Notes: generated by a model from the letters alone, not told the origin. Shown: positions 13,731 to 27,512, counted from the stretch's first letter. The stretch is 64,000 nt of DNA from Eledone cirrhosa (GCA_964016885.1 CAXHJY010001696.1:43348-107347), one strand, 5' to 3'. A program made the numbers and translations.

Positions 13731-14092
13731 CCCATCTCCTCAATTGTTCATATTCTCGGCCTCATTATCACTGATAAAGTTCTTTCTGCTCCACGCCACA
13801 TCCCCACCCCCGACCACACCAATACCACCATCATCATCATCATCATCATAATCTCTACCACTATCTTCGTAGTTTCATCAATCATCACCATCATCGACAC
13901 TGCTACCATCACCACCATCATCACCACCACCACCACCACCACCACCAACACCACCGCCAACACCACCACCACCAACACCACCACCATCACCACCACCGCC
14001 AACACCACCACCACCACCACTACCATCACCATCACCAACACCAATATATGCACAATCTTGCATATTACAATTATTTCGATATCGGACTGACA

Positions 14093-14201
<109 letters not shown>

Positions 14202-14210
14202 GTATATAAA

Positions 14211-14241
<31 letters not shown>

Positions 14242-14658
14242 TATATGTTTTAAACTTATGATATAATTTAAACTTACAAGTTTATTTTCGTCAGCTATTT
14301 AATTGCTAAAAAGTCATTGCCAAACAGAATATTTACTCAAAATCTTCTTCAATCTTCGCCATTTTCTATAGCAAATATATATCATATAACATGGTTTCTG
14401 TTTTATTTGTATATATATATATATCTATATATATATCTATATATATCTATATATATATATATATATATATATGCGTGCGAACAGTTAGTGATGATTAGTA
14501 CTTCAGAGGCAGCCATATATAAATGTATGAAGGCATTCTCTGAACTTAATGTGCTGAGATGTTTACAAAAATCCTTTGAAATAGTGTATCTATATTATGT
14601 TTACGAGAATATGATAATCCTTAAGCGCTGTGTGAAATATCTACATATCTATATATAT

Positions 14659-14738
<80 letters not shown>

Positions 14739-14809
14739 ACACACACACTCGCACACGCACATATACTTATTATACGGATCATCCAAGAGGTTGCACGAAT
14801 CGTAAACAA

Positions 14810-14866
<57 letters not shown>

Positions 14867-14927
14867 GTTGTTTACGATTCGTGCAAATATATATATATAT
14901 ATATATGTGTATATATATATATATAGG

Positions 14928-15137
14928 AAGTGTATCCCGGGTTCAATCGGGGGGGGGGGGTAACCACAGTAAGTAAGGTACTTACTTATATTGCTGAGTA
15001 TAAATTTTTGATATAGAAATGGCTTCTACAGGAATGGAACTGTTTCATTCGAAAGAAGTCATCAGAAAAGACATGGGTTTTCCTGATGATTTCCTTCGAA
15101 TGAAACAGTTCTAGTCCCCTAGAAGCCATTTCTATAT
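14928..15137. mobile_element. Family C fold-back module with two hammerheads (15021-15071 -, 15077-15127 +)
   Basis: + arm: CTGATGA-tttc cttc gaat-GAAA-cagttctagtcccc-TA-gaagcc. The inverted arm continues on - to the 3' end (ttacttactgtggttacccc). Confidence 0.7.
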
Positions 15138-15164
15138 TTAAAAAAAGAAAATATATATATATAT

Positions 15165-15360
15165 ATAGGAACGAGTAGGACACCGACGGCTGAGCTCAAA
15201 CCGTTTCAACGGCTAATTCAGTCCAGAATTAGCCGTCGAAACGGCTTGAGCTCAGCCGTCGGGGTCCTACTGGTTCCTATTACCCACTCTACTACCCTAA
15301 GTATTGAGTACTTTGGTGCGTTATGGTCCACCTGGTTCCTTACCACATTTCCTTCGTTAT
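15165..15360. mobile_element. Family D fold-back module containing the 3' half of a hammerhead
   Basis: GAAA-cggc ttgagctca gccg-TC-gggg on +, inverted copy on -, centre near 15221. 3' hairpin at 15286-15309. Confidence 0.7.
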
Positions 15361-15510
15361 ATATATATATATATATATATATAGATATAGATATGTATTA
15401 TTTATCTATCTTTGGTCATTGTATTATTGGATATCTGTAAACACTACATTCAAGGTTAACCTCTTCCTATGACTGAAGTGTGTGTGTTTATAAAAATGTA
15501 TGTGTGTATG

Positions 15511-15593
<83 letters not shown>

Positions 15594-15909
15594 AAGTTTA
15601 CATCAGACTTTAAGCTGGTTTCAACCTCTGTGTTTCAATTCAAAATTTATGATGATTAAATTTTTATGTAAGGGAAAATTCTTGTGACAATATCAATATT
15701 AGTCGTATCAGCACGTTTATGTGATATCGTATAGAAGACATAATATCAATGATTCATTGATGTAAAGATACCATCCAACATGTCCGCCATATCGTCGTAT
15801 CAATTATAGGATGTCTTCGTGATATGTGTGATAAATGTTTACGAATTAAATTGGCTTCTATTAGATGACTGGGTGTCGGAGAGATCGGTCAGGATAAGAG
15901 ACAGATGCG

Positions 15910-15985
<76 letters not shown>

Positions 15986-16060
15986 TATGTATGTATGTAT
16001 GTATATATATATATATATAAATATATGTATGTATGTATGTATATATATATATATACATAA

Positions 16061-16093
<33 letters not shown>

Positions 16094-16193
16094 TGTATAT
16101 ATATATATAAATATATGTATGTATATATATATATATATATAAATATATGTATGTATGTATGTATGTATATATATATATATGTATGTATGTATG

Positions 16194-16228
<35 letters not shown>

Positions 16229-16524
16229 ATATATATATATAAATATATGTATATATGTATGTATGTATATATATATATATAAATATATGTATGTATGTAT
16301 GTATATATATATATATAAATATATGTATGTATGTATGTATATATATATATATATATAAATATATGTATGTATGTATGTATATATATATATATATATAAAT
16401 ATATGTATGTATGTATGTATATATATATATATATATATATAAATATATGTATGTATGTATGTATATATATATATATATATATAAATATATGTATGTATGT
16501 ATGTATATATATATATATACATAA

Positions 16525-16557
<33 letters not shown>

Positions 16558-16655
16558 TATATATATATATATAAATATATGTATGTATATATATATATAT
16601 ATATAAATATATGTATGTATGTATGTATGTATATATATATATATATATATGTATG

Positions 16656-16692
<37 letters not shown>

Positions 16693-16955
16693 GTATATAC
16701 ATATATATAAATATATGTATGTATGTATGTATATATATATATATATATAAATATATGTATGTATGTATGTATATATATATATATATATAAATATATGTAT
16801 GTATGTATGTATATATATATATATATATAAATATATGTATGTATGTATGTATGTATGTATATACATATATATAAATATATGTATGTATGTATATATATAT
16901 ATAAATATATGTATGTATGTATATATATATAAATGTATGTATGTATGTATGTATG

Positions 16956-16993
<38 letters not shown>

Positions 16994-17155
16994 TATGTAT
17001 GTATATATATATATATATATAAATATATGTATGTATGTATATATATATATATATAAATATAAATATATGTACGTATGTATATATATATAAATATATGTAC
17101 GTATGTATATATATATAAATATATGTACGTATGTATATGTATATATAAATATATC

Positions 17156-17215
<60 letters not shown>
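15910..17215. repeat. Compound satellite aaatatat(gtat)n(at)n
   Basis: Directly visible. Confidence 0.9.
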
Positions 17216-17220
<5 letters not shown>

Positions 17221-17349
17221 TCTACATAAACTTGATATTTACATTTCTGTTTGAAAGAGCAGTTCTCTTTAATTCTACATACAGGAGATATGACCTTGAG
17301 ACCTTAGGTAGCGGTTTTGTTCCGTGTATGGGCATAAATAATATAATAT

Positions 17350-17532
17350 AACTGTTTATACTTTTGGCACGAGGCCAGCAATTACTCAGTGAATTACTGG
17401 TACTTTATTTTCTCGACCCCGTAAGGATGAAAGGCAAAGTTAACCTCGGCTGGATTTGAACTGAGAATGGCAAGGACCGTAACTCTATGCATCAAAGCAT
17501 GGCGCCCGACCCTCTACCGATACTGCCAATCC
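17350..17532 (-). mobile_element. tRNA-derived SINE (octopus type)
   Basis: A box ttggcagtatcggtagag, B box gttcaaatcc, body gcctttcatccttacggggtcga..aaataaagtaccag, tail gctggcctcgtgccaaaag. Confidence 0.85.
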
Positions 17533-17549
17533 AATAATCCAATAATATA

Positions 17550-17586
<37 letters not shown>

Positions 17587-17591
17587 CACAC

Positions 17592-17630
<39 letters not shown>

Positions 17631-17637
17631 CACACCT

Positions 17638-17668
<31 letters not shown>

Positions 17669-18120
17669 CACACACAAACACACACACACACACACCTATA
17701 TGTATATCAATATATACACAGACTCGGAAGAGTGGTTCCTGAATGCGTCAGCGTGAAGACGTTGTGATATTTGTTCCGTCTCTCAGCGCTCACCATACAA
17801 ATTACGAATTAGCGTTATAAAAAAACTCCCAAAAGTGTTAAACACGCTATCTTGAAGATCGCTTGTTTGCACTAATATATTTACGCGTGTACACACACAC
17901 AGACACACACACACGCACACAATTATATAAGATTAATAATGAAAGCTGACTGAATAACGAGTATAACAGGCATTACTTGTTAATGAACTCCAAAGCGAAG
18001 ATTACTTCTCAGCTTTGCTGATACTTGGTAGCTTTTTACCACTATTACATAATTGTATTTTCACAGTACCATATATATATATATATATATATAGATATAG
18101 ATATAAATAGATAGATAAAT

Positions 18121-18189
<69 letters not shown>

Positions 18190-18314
18190 CACACACATAT
18201 ACGTATATATATATATATAGATAGATATAGATATAGATATATACATATAGATAGATAGATACACACACATATATATAACTGTATGTATATATATGTATGT
18301 ACACACACATATAC

Positions 18315-18365
<51 letters not shown>

Positions 18366-18522
18366 TGTAAGTATATATATATATATATATATGTACATAT
18401 AATTAATATGTACATATACATATATAAATGAATGTATATTGTATATATGTATGTAAAAAACACATATACATTTATAGACATATATATATGTGTATATATA
18501 TACATATATATATATATATGTG

Positions 18523-18554
<32 letters not shown>

Positions 18555-18578
18555 TATATACACACACATTTATATGTA

Positions 18579-18609
<31 letters not shown>

Positions 18610-18859
18610 GTGTGTATATATATATATATATACGTATATACATATATATACATGTGTATATATGTATGTACATATACACAAATATATATATATGTGTGTG
18701 TGTGTATGTGTGTGTGTATATATAGCTGTGTATGTATGTTACTGATACCTTGATTGGTGTTGGAAAACTATCAATATAATAATTCGATCACTGATTGGAG
18801 AAAATTGTGTAATATCTTTTATTATGGTAATGGGCTATGGTCTGTTCTTGAGATTAACA

Positions 18860-19290
18860 CAGACACACACACACACACTCACAGACACACATACACACTC
18901 ACACACACACACACACACTCACGTACACACACACACACTCACAGACACACATACACACTCACACACACACACACTCACGTACACACACACACACTCACAC
19001 ATACACACACTCACACTCACACATACACACTCACGTACACACACACACACTCACACATACACACACTCACACTCACACATACACATACACACACACATAC
19101 ACACACACACACATACACACTCACACAGACACTCACACACACACTCACAGACACACATACACACTCACACACATACATACACACTCACGTACACACACAC
19201 ACACTCACACATACACACACTCACACATACACATACACACACACATACACACACACACACATACACACTCACACAGACACTCACACACAC
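18860..19290. repeat. (CA)n/(CACT)n microsatellite
   Basis: Directly visible. Confidence 0.9.
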
Positions 19291-19327
19291 ATCTCTGCCC
19301 CTTCTCTCTCTCTCTCTCTCTCTTTCT

Positions 19328-19419
<92 letters not shown>

Positions 19420-19479
19420 CAGAGTAAAAACACACAGTCACACACCTCTGCCCCCTCTCCTCTCTCTATATATTTCTCC

Positions 19480-19571
<92 letters not shown>

Positions 19572-19999
19572 TCACACATCAGCTGTACTTTAGTGGTGAC
19601 TAGTCAGATGAGAATAACGTTATAACGAGACATCTTATGGAAAGATCTAATTTAGCAGATAACAACAACAACAACAACAACAATATCTACAATAAATATA
19701 ATAATAATAATAATAATAACAGTAATAGTAATAGTAATAGTAATAATAATAATAATGATGATGATAATATTTATAGTAAGCGAATAAACTTACGAATACT
19801 AACAAAGTAGGTATTCTTACTTTTGTTTATATAACCAACTACTATATACGTGTGTATATATATATATATATATACACACACACAAACACACAAACACAGG
19901 CACAACTACACGCATATATATATATATATATTCATACATCCATATATGCATATGTATATATATTTATATTTATTTATTCATACATACACACATACATCC

Positions 20000-20031
<32 letters not shown>

Positions 20032-20092
20032 ATGTATGTATATATGTATATATATGTATGTGTGTGTATGTATATATATGTATATGTATGTG

Positions 20093-20164
<72 letters not shown>

Positions 20165-20302
20165 TGTGTGTGTATATATATATAAGTACAAGAGTACTTT
20201 ACTTAGTTTTACTTGACTGTAAGCCAATTGTTCATAGAAAAAAAAATTCTACACCAAAATCACTCAAATGGTACAGTTTGGCGTAATGACGTCATATACA
20301 CA

Positions 20303-20336
<34 letters not shown>

Positions 20337-20510
20337 TGTGTGTGTATATATATATATGGTGTGTGTATATATATATATTTGGTGTGTATATATATATATT
20401 TGGTGACCACACCCTCAAAATCATACGTAGACACACCGCATACGTGAGGGAGGTATATTTGTATACGCACACATCTACACAATCACCTATATATCATGCA
20501 TGTATGTATG

Positions 20511-20878
20511 TTTCTCTTTCTCTTAATTTCGTGTACATATTTGACCGGACACCTTCCTGGTGGCAAGGTTTTAAAAGAAAATAAATTGTCAATCGCAAGA
20601 ATGTTTTGCAAATTTTGAAGGTGCCAGCTATCGCAGCCATTTGTAGTCTATGAATTATGGAGCTGCGCTCTTTGTCCACAAATCCTAGTTCAGTTATACT
20701 TTGGTCCAAGCGGGTTGGTATATAACCCGCAGCTCCAATCATGATGGGTATGAAGTTAAAGGTGTTTCTTGGATACTGGATCTGCAAACTCCTCATCAAT
20801 GGTCCGTAGATGTCCTCCTTCTCTGGTATTTTTCTTATAGCTTTGACATCAAGTGTGCAGCTGATCTCTAAAATAGAG
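20511..20878 (-). pseudogene. R4/Dong-like non-LTR retrotransposon 3' end (restriction-like endonuclease C-terminus)
   Basis: ILEISC..D....K..EKEDIYGPL...FIPIMIGAAGYIP..L..LG...LQMAAIAGTFKICKTFL is the RLE tail pattern. Flanked by (CATA)n. Second copy at 37619-37920. Confidence 0.7.
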
Positions 20879-20929
20879 CATGTTTGTATGTATGTATGTA
20901 TGTATGTATGTATGTATGTATGTATGTAT

Positions 20930-21200
20930 GAGATCTCTCTGCACTTGTCGTCACATGGTACCATAGGCCCAGCACTATGTGTCAGTAATTGTCACAAGTG
21001 TAGTGTTTGTACCAGAGTTTTCAAGTCGCTGGCTGGACTAAAAAGTCACACTCGTTCAGCGCATCGGTAGGGGTTCTCCTACATGGATATAAAGTAGTGA
21101 CCGTACTCGAAAACGAGTTGGCAGCCACCATGTATGTATGTATGTATGTATGTATGTATGTATGTATGTATGTATGTATGTATGTATGTATGTATGTATG
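20930..21200 (+). pseudogene. RTE LINE 3' end with terminal C2H2 finger, 3' stem-loop and (ATGT)n tail
   Basis: HKCSVCTRVFKSLAGLKSHTRSAHR* (stop at 21070), hairpin actcg aaaa cgagt, then (ATGT)n. Confidence 0.75.
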
Positions 21201-21564
21201 TATCTATGCATTTATGTATGTATGTATTTATGTATATATGTATGTATTTATATACGTACGTATGTATGTATGTATGTTCTTCTGGTTTTATACTTTCACA
21301 AAGTTTTACCAATAGAGAGAGAGTCGATTTCTAACATAGACACAAGACTCTCTCATTGGAATTTACACAACATCAACTAGATAGATATGTATGCATATCT
21401 ACATGCATGTGTAGATATGGATGTTATTGTATGTGTGGATGTGGATGTTTTGAGTTGTATGCGTGCATGTGTATATGCTTTGTATCTGTACTACATGTGG
21501 TTATGCAGTTATTAAATGCAAAATGTTTGGAATGTTTTACATATTTTTACTGTTCCATTAATGG

Positions 21565-21785
21565 ATTGTACTTGTACTATATATGTATGTACTATATTTA
21601 TATTGTACTTGTACTATATATGTATGTATGTACTATATATATATTGTACTTGTACTATATATGTATGTATGTACTATATTTATATTGTACTTGTACTATA
21701 TATGTATGTATGTACTATATATATATTGTACTTGTACTTTATATGTATGTATGTACTATATGTATATTGTACTTGTACTATATAT
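21565..21785. repeat. About 41-nt tandem repeat attgtacttgtactatatatgtatgtatgtactatat
   Basis: 5-6 units visible. Confidence 0.85.
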
Positions 21786-21794
21786 GAGAGTGGT

Positions 21795-21867
<73 letters not shown>

Positions 21868-22131
21868 TAGTATGACGTGACAATCTTCTAGTTATATCAA
21901 TATAAATTATTATTTACCGAAAGTTAACAGGAATAAATAAATGCATAAAAACTGTCGGTGATATAAAATGAGATTAGGTCAGCTATTTTAAGTAGCGTCA
22001 GTATGGAATAACAACAACAACAATGGCATATATATATACGTGTGTATATATATATATATATACGTGTATATATACATACATATATATATATATATATACG
22101 TGTATATATATATATATATATTTATATATAC

Positions 22132-22165
<34 letters not shown>

Positions 22166-22225
22166 ATTTATATGTATATATATATGGATTTATGTGTATA
22201 TATATATGTGTGTATGTATATATGG

Positions 22226-22256
<31 letters not shown>

Positions 22257-22300
22257 TAAACAAATAATGAATAAACAATTCCTTATATTAAACAAAAAAA

Positions 22301-22455
22301 TTCATTATTTAACGATCGTTTCTAGGGTATATATGTGTTATAATTGGTATGCATATTCAACAGATCTATGTACAAAATTATACAAAATTATACAAATTAT
22401 CAAGATTAAATATACATACCTAACACATATATACGCCGTCTTCAGAAATAATGAA
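22301..22455 (-). ncRNA. Hammerhead ribozyme with 116-nt helix II domain (family F)
   Basis: Reverse complement of 23745-23899. Confidence 0.75.
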
Positions 22456-23281
22456 GTATATTTATTGATAATAACAACAATTCAAAATATCAGTTCAAAA
22501 TTGACCAATGAAAACACAAAGGGTTAAAAGCAGTTCGGTGTGTGTATATACATGTAAAATCCTTACACATATTTTACAAAAATGTGTGTATAATTTGTAT
22601 ACGCATACTAAAAAGATGGATGCAAACACAAAATTTCAAGGTTAATATCTCTGTAAGCTTAATGCGCTGATAAGATGCGCATTGATACTTATGGAGTCAA
22701 GCATATAAATATATTTTTTCATACTCACACATATCAGTATAATCACACATACATGCGCGTATATGCATAAATATACACATAACCACGAACATACAAACAC
22801 ACACACTCCCCCACTCACATTTATATATGTGGATATAGAATCATAAGCACATAGAAATTAAATCACTCACATAAAACACTGGCACACACATTTCAAGATC
22901 AAGATACAGAAATTAGGTGGGAGGGGGGGGGGAGGGGTCAGTATTCAATTGTCTGAGCAGACTGCCTAATATAAATGTATCTATAAATTAAGAAAAATAA
23001 AAAAATAAAACAATAAAATATAATAACTATAATATAATATATATACACATACAGATATATAAACACACATACATACATGTACGCACACATAGAGATATTT
23101 ACGCAAACACACATACACACATACATATACAGTCATACACACACATACACTTACACGAACATACACATACACATATAAAAAGATATATATATACACACAC
23201 ACACACGCGCAACACATACACACATACACATATATATAAAAAAAATAGATAATAAAGATATATATCCACATATATATACAT

Positions 23282-23332
<51 letters not shown>

Positions 23333-23423
23333 CATATACATATACATACACATACATCTAAATATACATACACATACATACACACATACATGTACATACA
23401 TGTACATACATATACGCACATCG

Positions 23424-23471
<48 letters not shown>

Positions 23472-23744
23472 TCACATAGACATATAGATACATACACACA
23501 CAACTTACATACACACGTATATATATATATATATATAGATGTACCTTCATACATAGAATTAGATATATAATCATACATACATATGCACCTACTTATACTC
23601 ATATATATAAATACATACGCTTCCATAAATGTGTATATACATAAAAAACAATACAACCTCACCAAACTGCTTTTAACCCTTTGTGTTTTCATTGGTCAAT
23701 TTTGAACTGATATTTTGAATTGTTGTTATTATCAATAAATATAC

Positions 23745-23899
23745 TTCATTATTTCTGAAGACGGCGTATATATGTGTTAGGTATGTATATTTAATCTTGA
23801 TAATTTGTATAATTTTGTATAATTTTGTACATAGATCTGTTGAATATGCATACCAATTATAACACATATATACCCTAGAAACGATCGTTAAATAATGAA
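23745..23899 (+). ncRNA. Hammerhead ribozyme with 116-nt helix II domain (family F)
   Basis: ttcattattt-CTGAAGA-[cggcgtatatatgtgtta...taacacatatatacccta]-GAAA-cgatcg-TT-aaataatgaa. Helix I is a perfect 10 bp and helix III is palindromic. Confidence 0.8.
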
Positions 23900-24083
23900 T
23901 TTTTTTGTTTAATATAAGGAATTGTTTATTCATTATTTGTTTAATATTTTATCTTGACTCTGTATACCGTTTGTCTTTCACCGAAAGTGGATTTTCATTG
24001 CATCTCTTCTTTCCATGATATCCGGAATACATTGAGTTCTTCATACGGATTGGACACTACCGTAAACTCTTGGTAGATTTATC

Positions 24084-24119
<36 letters not shown>

Positions 24120-24160
24120 TATACACGTATATATATATATACATCCATATATACATACAT

Positions 24161-24241
<81 letters not shown>

Positions 24242-24244
24242 TAT

Positions 24245-24280
<36 letters not shown>

Positions 24281-24387
24281 GGTTATCATTACAATTTCAA
24301 GGCAAGACTTCCTCTCTTCTAATGGAGATGGTTTTCTCTGTTCTTTTATCGCGATTAATATTAACCATTATTATCATTATTATTACT

Positions 24388-24455
24388 AGTAGCAGCAGTA
24401 GTGGTAGTGGTAGTAGTGGTGGTAGTAGTAGTGTTGGTGGTGGTGGTAGTAGTGT

Positions 24456-24490
<35 letters not shown>

Positions 24491-24589
24491 GTGTTGGTGG
24501 TAGTGGTGGTTGTAGTAGTAGTAGTAGTGTTGTTGGTGGTGGTAGTGGTGGTAGTAGTAGTAGTGTTGGTGGTGGTGGTGGCAGTAGTG

Positions 24590-24624
<35 letters not shown>

Positions 24625-24683
24625 GTTGGTGGTGGTGGTAGTGGTGTTGGTGGTGGTAGTAGTAGTAGTAGTATTAGTAGTGT

Positions 24684-24714
<31 letters not shown>

Positions 24715-24805
24715 GTTGTTGGTGGTGGTAGTGGTGGTAGTAGTAGGAGTGGTGGTGGTGGTGGTGGTGGTAGTAGTAGTAGTGGTGGTGGTGGTGGCAG
24801 TAGTG

Positions 24806-24853
<48 letters not shown>

Positions 24854-25025
24854 TTGGTGGTGGTGGTAGTGGTGGTTGTAGTAGTAGTAGTAGTAGTGTT
24901 GGTGGTGGTGGTAGTGGTGGTAGTAGTGGTGGTGGTGGTGGTAGTAGTAGTAGTGTTTGTGGTGGTGGTAGTGGTGGTAGTAGTAGTAGTGGTGGTGGTG
25001 GTCGTAGTGGTGGTGGTGGTGGTTA
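24388..25025. repeat. (GGT)/(AGT) mixed trinucleotide repeat
   Basis: Directly visible. Confidence 0.9.
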
Positions 25026-25304
25026 TTATTATATTTATTGCTGTTGTTGATGTTGTTGTTTATTGTTGAAAGCAATTAAAATGGAAATTAAATTGATTTT
25101 AGCTATTTGAGAAATAAATATTCGTTTAAAGATGGGACAAATAGGAAGACTACAACAACAGCAGCAGCAACAACCGTGACGACGACAACAACAATAACAA
25201 CAATAGCAAGAACCACGACAACAACATCATCATCATCAACAACATCAACAACAATAACAACATCAACAACAGAGGAGGGAGGGGAAAAAAGGGAAAAATA
25301 TATA

Positions 25305-25419
25305 TATATTTCCATTCTGAATTTGTTTAGCAAGATTCTTTATGTGAAAACGTGTGTTGAAACCGATATTGTTATACTTTGGAAGGGTCATGTTGCCAAT
25401 AAGAAACACACGCACATCG

Positions 25420-25451
<32 letters not shown>

Positions 25452-25525
25452 CATATATATACACACATTATATATATATATACATTCTATATATATATAT
25501 ATATACATTATATATATATATATAC

Positions 25526-25582
<57 letters not shown>

Positions 25583-25849
25583 ATACTTTGGAAGGGTCAT
25601 GTTGCCAATAAGAAACACACGCACCAGTTGCTTTCACTTCAATTTATTATAATAAATTTATAAATTTAGGAATTTATAAATTTCCGGTTGGTTGGTTGGT
25701 TCCACAACCAGATGGTTGTTTATATATTGTCAAAGTTCTTTCGTTACACATTCTGTGACCTCTTCAATGACTTATGATTCTTTTCTTTGTTTTTTGTGCC
25801 TCTCCTTTGTTCTGACCTACGCCATCTTGTATATTTCCATTCTGAATTG
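25305..25849 (-). mobile_element. Family G hammerhead module with terminal direct repeat (monomer about 316 nt)
   Basis: tatatttccattctgaatt occurs at both ends (about 25305-25323 and 25830-25848). Related copies at 33541-33688, 49105-49435 and 1008-1040. Confidence 0.65.
25729..25771 (-). ncRNA. Hammerhead motif (family G), TTGAAGA core
   Basis: Minus strand: gtca-TTGAAGA-ggtcacagaatgtgtaac-GAAA-gaac-TT-tgac. Confidence 0.65.
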
Positions 25850-26025
25850 ACTGCGGTCTCTCAAGTGTTACCTTCCTTGTATCTTACCCTATTTTTTTTT
25901 TTAAATAACCCCTTTTTTCTATACTCTTTCTAAATTACCTGCCCCTTCTTTGACTCTTTTTTATATCCCTATAGGGAAAGCAGAATCAACCATAGGTGAT
26001 CATCTTTGTTTTTTATTTTTCTCAT

Positions 26026-26077
26026 AACAGGCAGAAGAAATTGGGGCTCAGAATCCAACGAAATTTGAGTACCTGTT
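26026..26077 (+). ncRNA. Hammerhead motif (family H)
   Basis: aacagg-CAGAAGA-aattgggg...tccaac-GAAA-tttgag-TA-cctgtt. Homologue at 48927-48978 (-) has CTGAACGA and GAAActtgagTA. Confidence 0.6.
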
Positions 26078-26090
26078 TATGTCACTGTTG

Positions 26091-26170
<80 letters not shown>

Positions 26171-26208
26171 TATTAAATAAATGGAAACTATATTTATAAA
26201 ACCATATT

Positions 26209-26273
26209 TATTTTATTATATATATTTCAAGGGCAACCAAGACGACATTGGTACGCTTTCATCAGATAAAATA
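26209..26273 (-). ncRNA. Type-I hammerhead ribozyme (family A)
   Basis: Minus strand: tattttat-CTGATGA-aagcgtaccaa...ttggttgccctt-GAAA-tatata-TA-ataaaata. Confidence 0.8.
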
Positions 26274-26341
26274 CAAAGTTTATTTTATAAATAGAGACAT
26301 TTATATTTGTCGGACTCCCAACAAATTAAATACCACTTCTA

Positions 26342-26389
<48 letters not shown>

Positions 26390-26583
26390 TTATTTGTCTG
26401 ACCCGAATTTTCTTGGTCGTTTTCTCGGCTGTGCGAATGATTTTAAGCATTATCTCAGTGTGTTGGTATTTAAACGTTAGTTATAGCTCTAGTTTATCCA
26501 AACTATTGAGCACTTTGCCACACTTTTCGAAGATTGTGTTTCGTTATTTCGTGGGCCGAGATTCCGATTCTCGATAATTTATT

Positions 26584-26627
<44 letters not shown>

Positions 26628-26633
<6 letters not shown>

Positions 26634-26899
26634 TTCAGACCAGTTACTATAACGGTGCCATGAAAATGAACCAGAGTCCATTATCCTTGTGTCAAAAGTA
26701 GAAACAATTATAAAGAGATTTTCAGGTTCATTTTCATCGGCACAGATTGAAGAAGTTGGTCAACAGGATCAACGAAACGTACGTACCTAGTATGGCGCCG
26801 TTCTTGTAACTGTCCTGAATAATTATATTCAAACTCGCCTTACGGACTTGAGTCGCTCTATACTCTTGGATGTTTTACCTACTTATTACTACTAAAGAT

Positions 26900-26900
<1 letters not shown>
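26628..26900 (+). mobile_element. Hammerhead module with partial inversion; motif at 26747-26790
   Basis: TTGAAGA-a-gttggtc aacag gatcaac-GAAA-cgtacg-TA, with a weak helix I. 3' hairpin at 26833-26853. 26628-26672 is inverted relative to 26725-26826. Confidence 0.55.
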
Positions 26901-26956
<56 letters not shown>

Positions 26957-27114
26957 CAGCCATACACATTTTGATTATGCATGATGGATATTATCCATAT
27001 AATTTAGTCCATAATGACTGTATTGAGAAATAATTACCATAAGGTACAATTAAGGAGGTTTCAACGATAGACACCGCAATAATTGTTTAATAATGAAAAT
27101 AATGGTAATACGTG

Positions 27115-27308
27115 ATTCCTGGTTTCGGCGCAAGGCCACCAATTTCAAGGGAAGGGAAAGTCGATTAAATCGATCCCCAGTGCATTACTGGTATTTTATT
27201 TTAAGGATGAAAGGCAAAGCTAACCTCGGCGGGAATTGAGCTCAGCTGCAACTAAACGGTGCAAAGCATTTTTGTCGGTCGCTCCACCGGTTCTCGCAAT
27301 CCACCGCT
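27115..27308 (-). mobile_element. tRNA-derived SINE, diverged
   Basis: Same body and tail as 17350-17532. Confidence 0.75.
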
Positions 27309-27512
27309 TCCTCCACTCTATATAGATGCTATAATACTTACTGTATAAATATATACGTGTGCGTGTGTGTGTGTTTGTGTATGTATGTATGTATGTATGT
27401 ATATATATATAAATATATATATATTTATAGATATATATATATAAATATTTACATATGTATATAAATATTTACATATATATATATGTATAGATATATAGAT
27501 ATAAATATTTAC

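Larger units (their letters stand above)
22248..23952. repeat. Long inverted repeat, arms about 293 bp (22248-22540 / 23660-23952), 1.1-kb spacer
   Basis: Identical 86-aa ORFs on opposite strands in the ORF track. The arms read as reverse complements. Confidence 0.9.

Noticed and set aside
17350-17532. tRNA gene
   Set aside because: A and B boxes are present but there is no cloverleaf, and it is the head of a multi-copy SINE.
22267-23933. Duplicated 86-aa ORF (MNKQFLILNKK...)
   Set aside because: It is an antisense reading of the family F ribozyme inverted repeat, and the third copy at 44935-45140 has indels.
24070-25069. Gly/Ser-rich 326-aa and poly-Val ORFs
   Set aside because: They come from a (GGT/AGT)n trinucleotide tract flanked by (TA)n.
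25340-25376. Hammerhead-like tgaaa..cgtgtgttGAAAc...gTTata on + (also 49128-49163)
   Set aside because: There is no valid CUGANGA and no helix II. The real motif of this family is on the minus strand.
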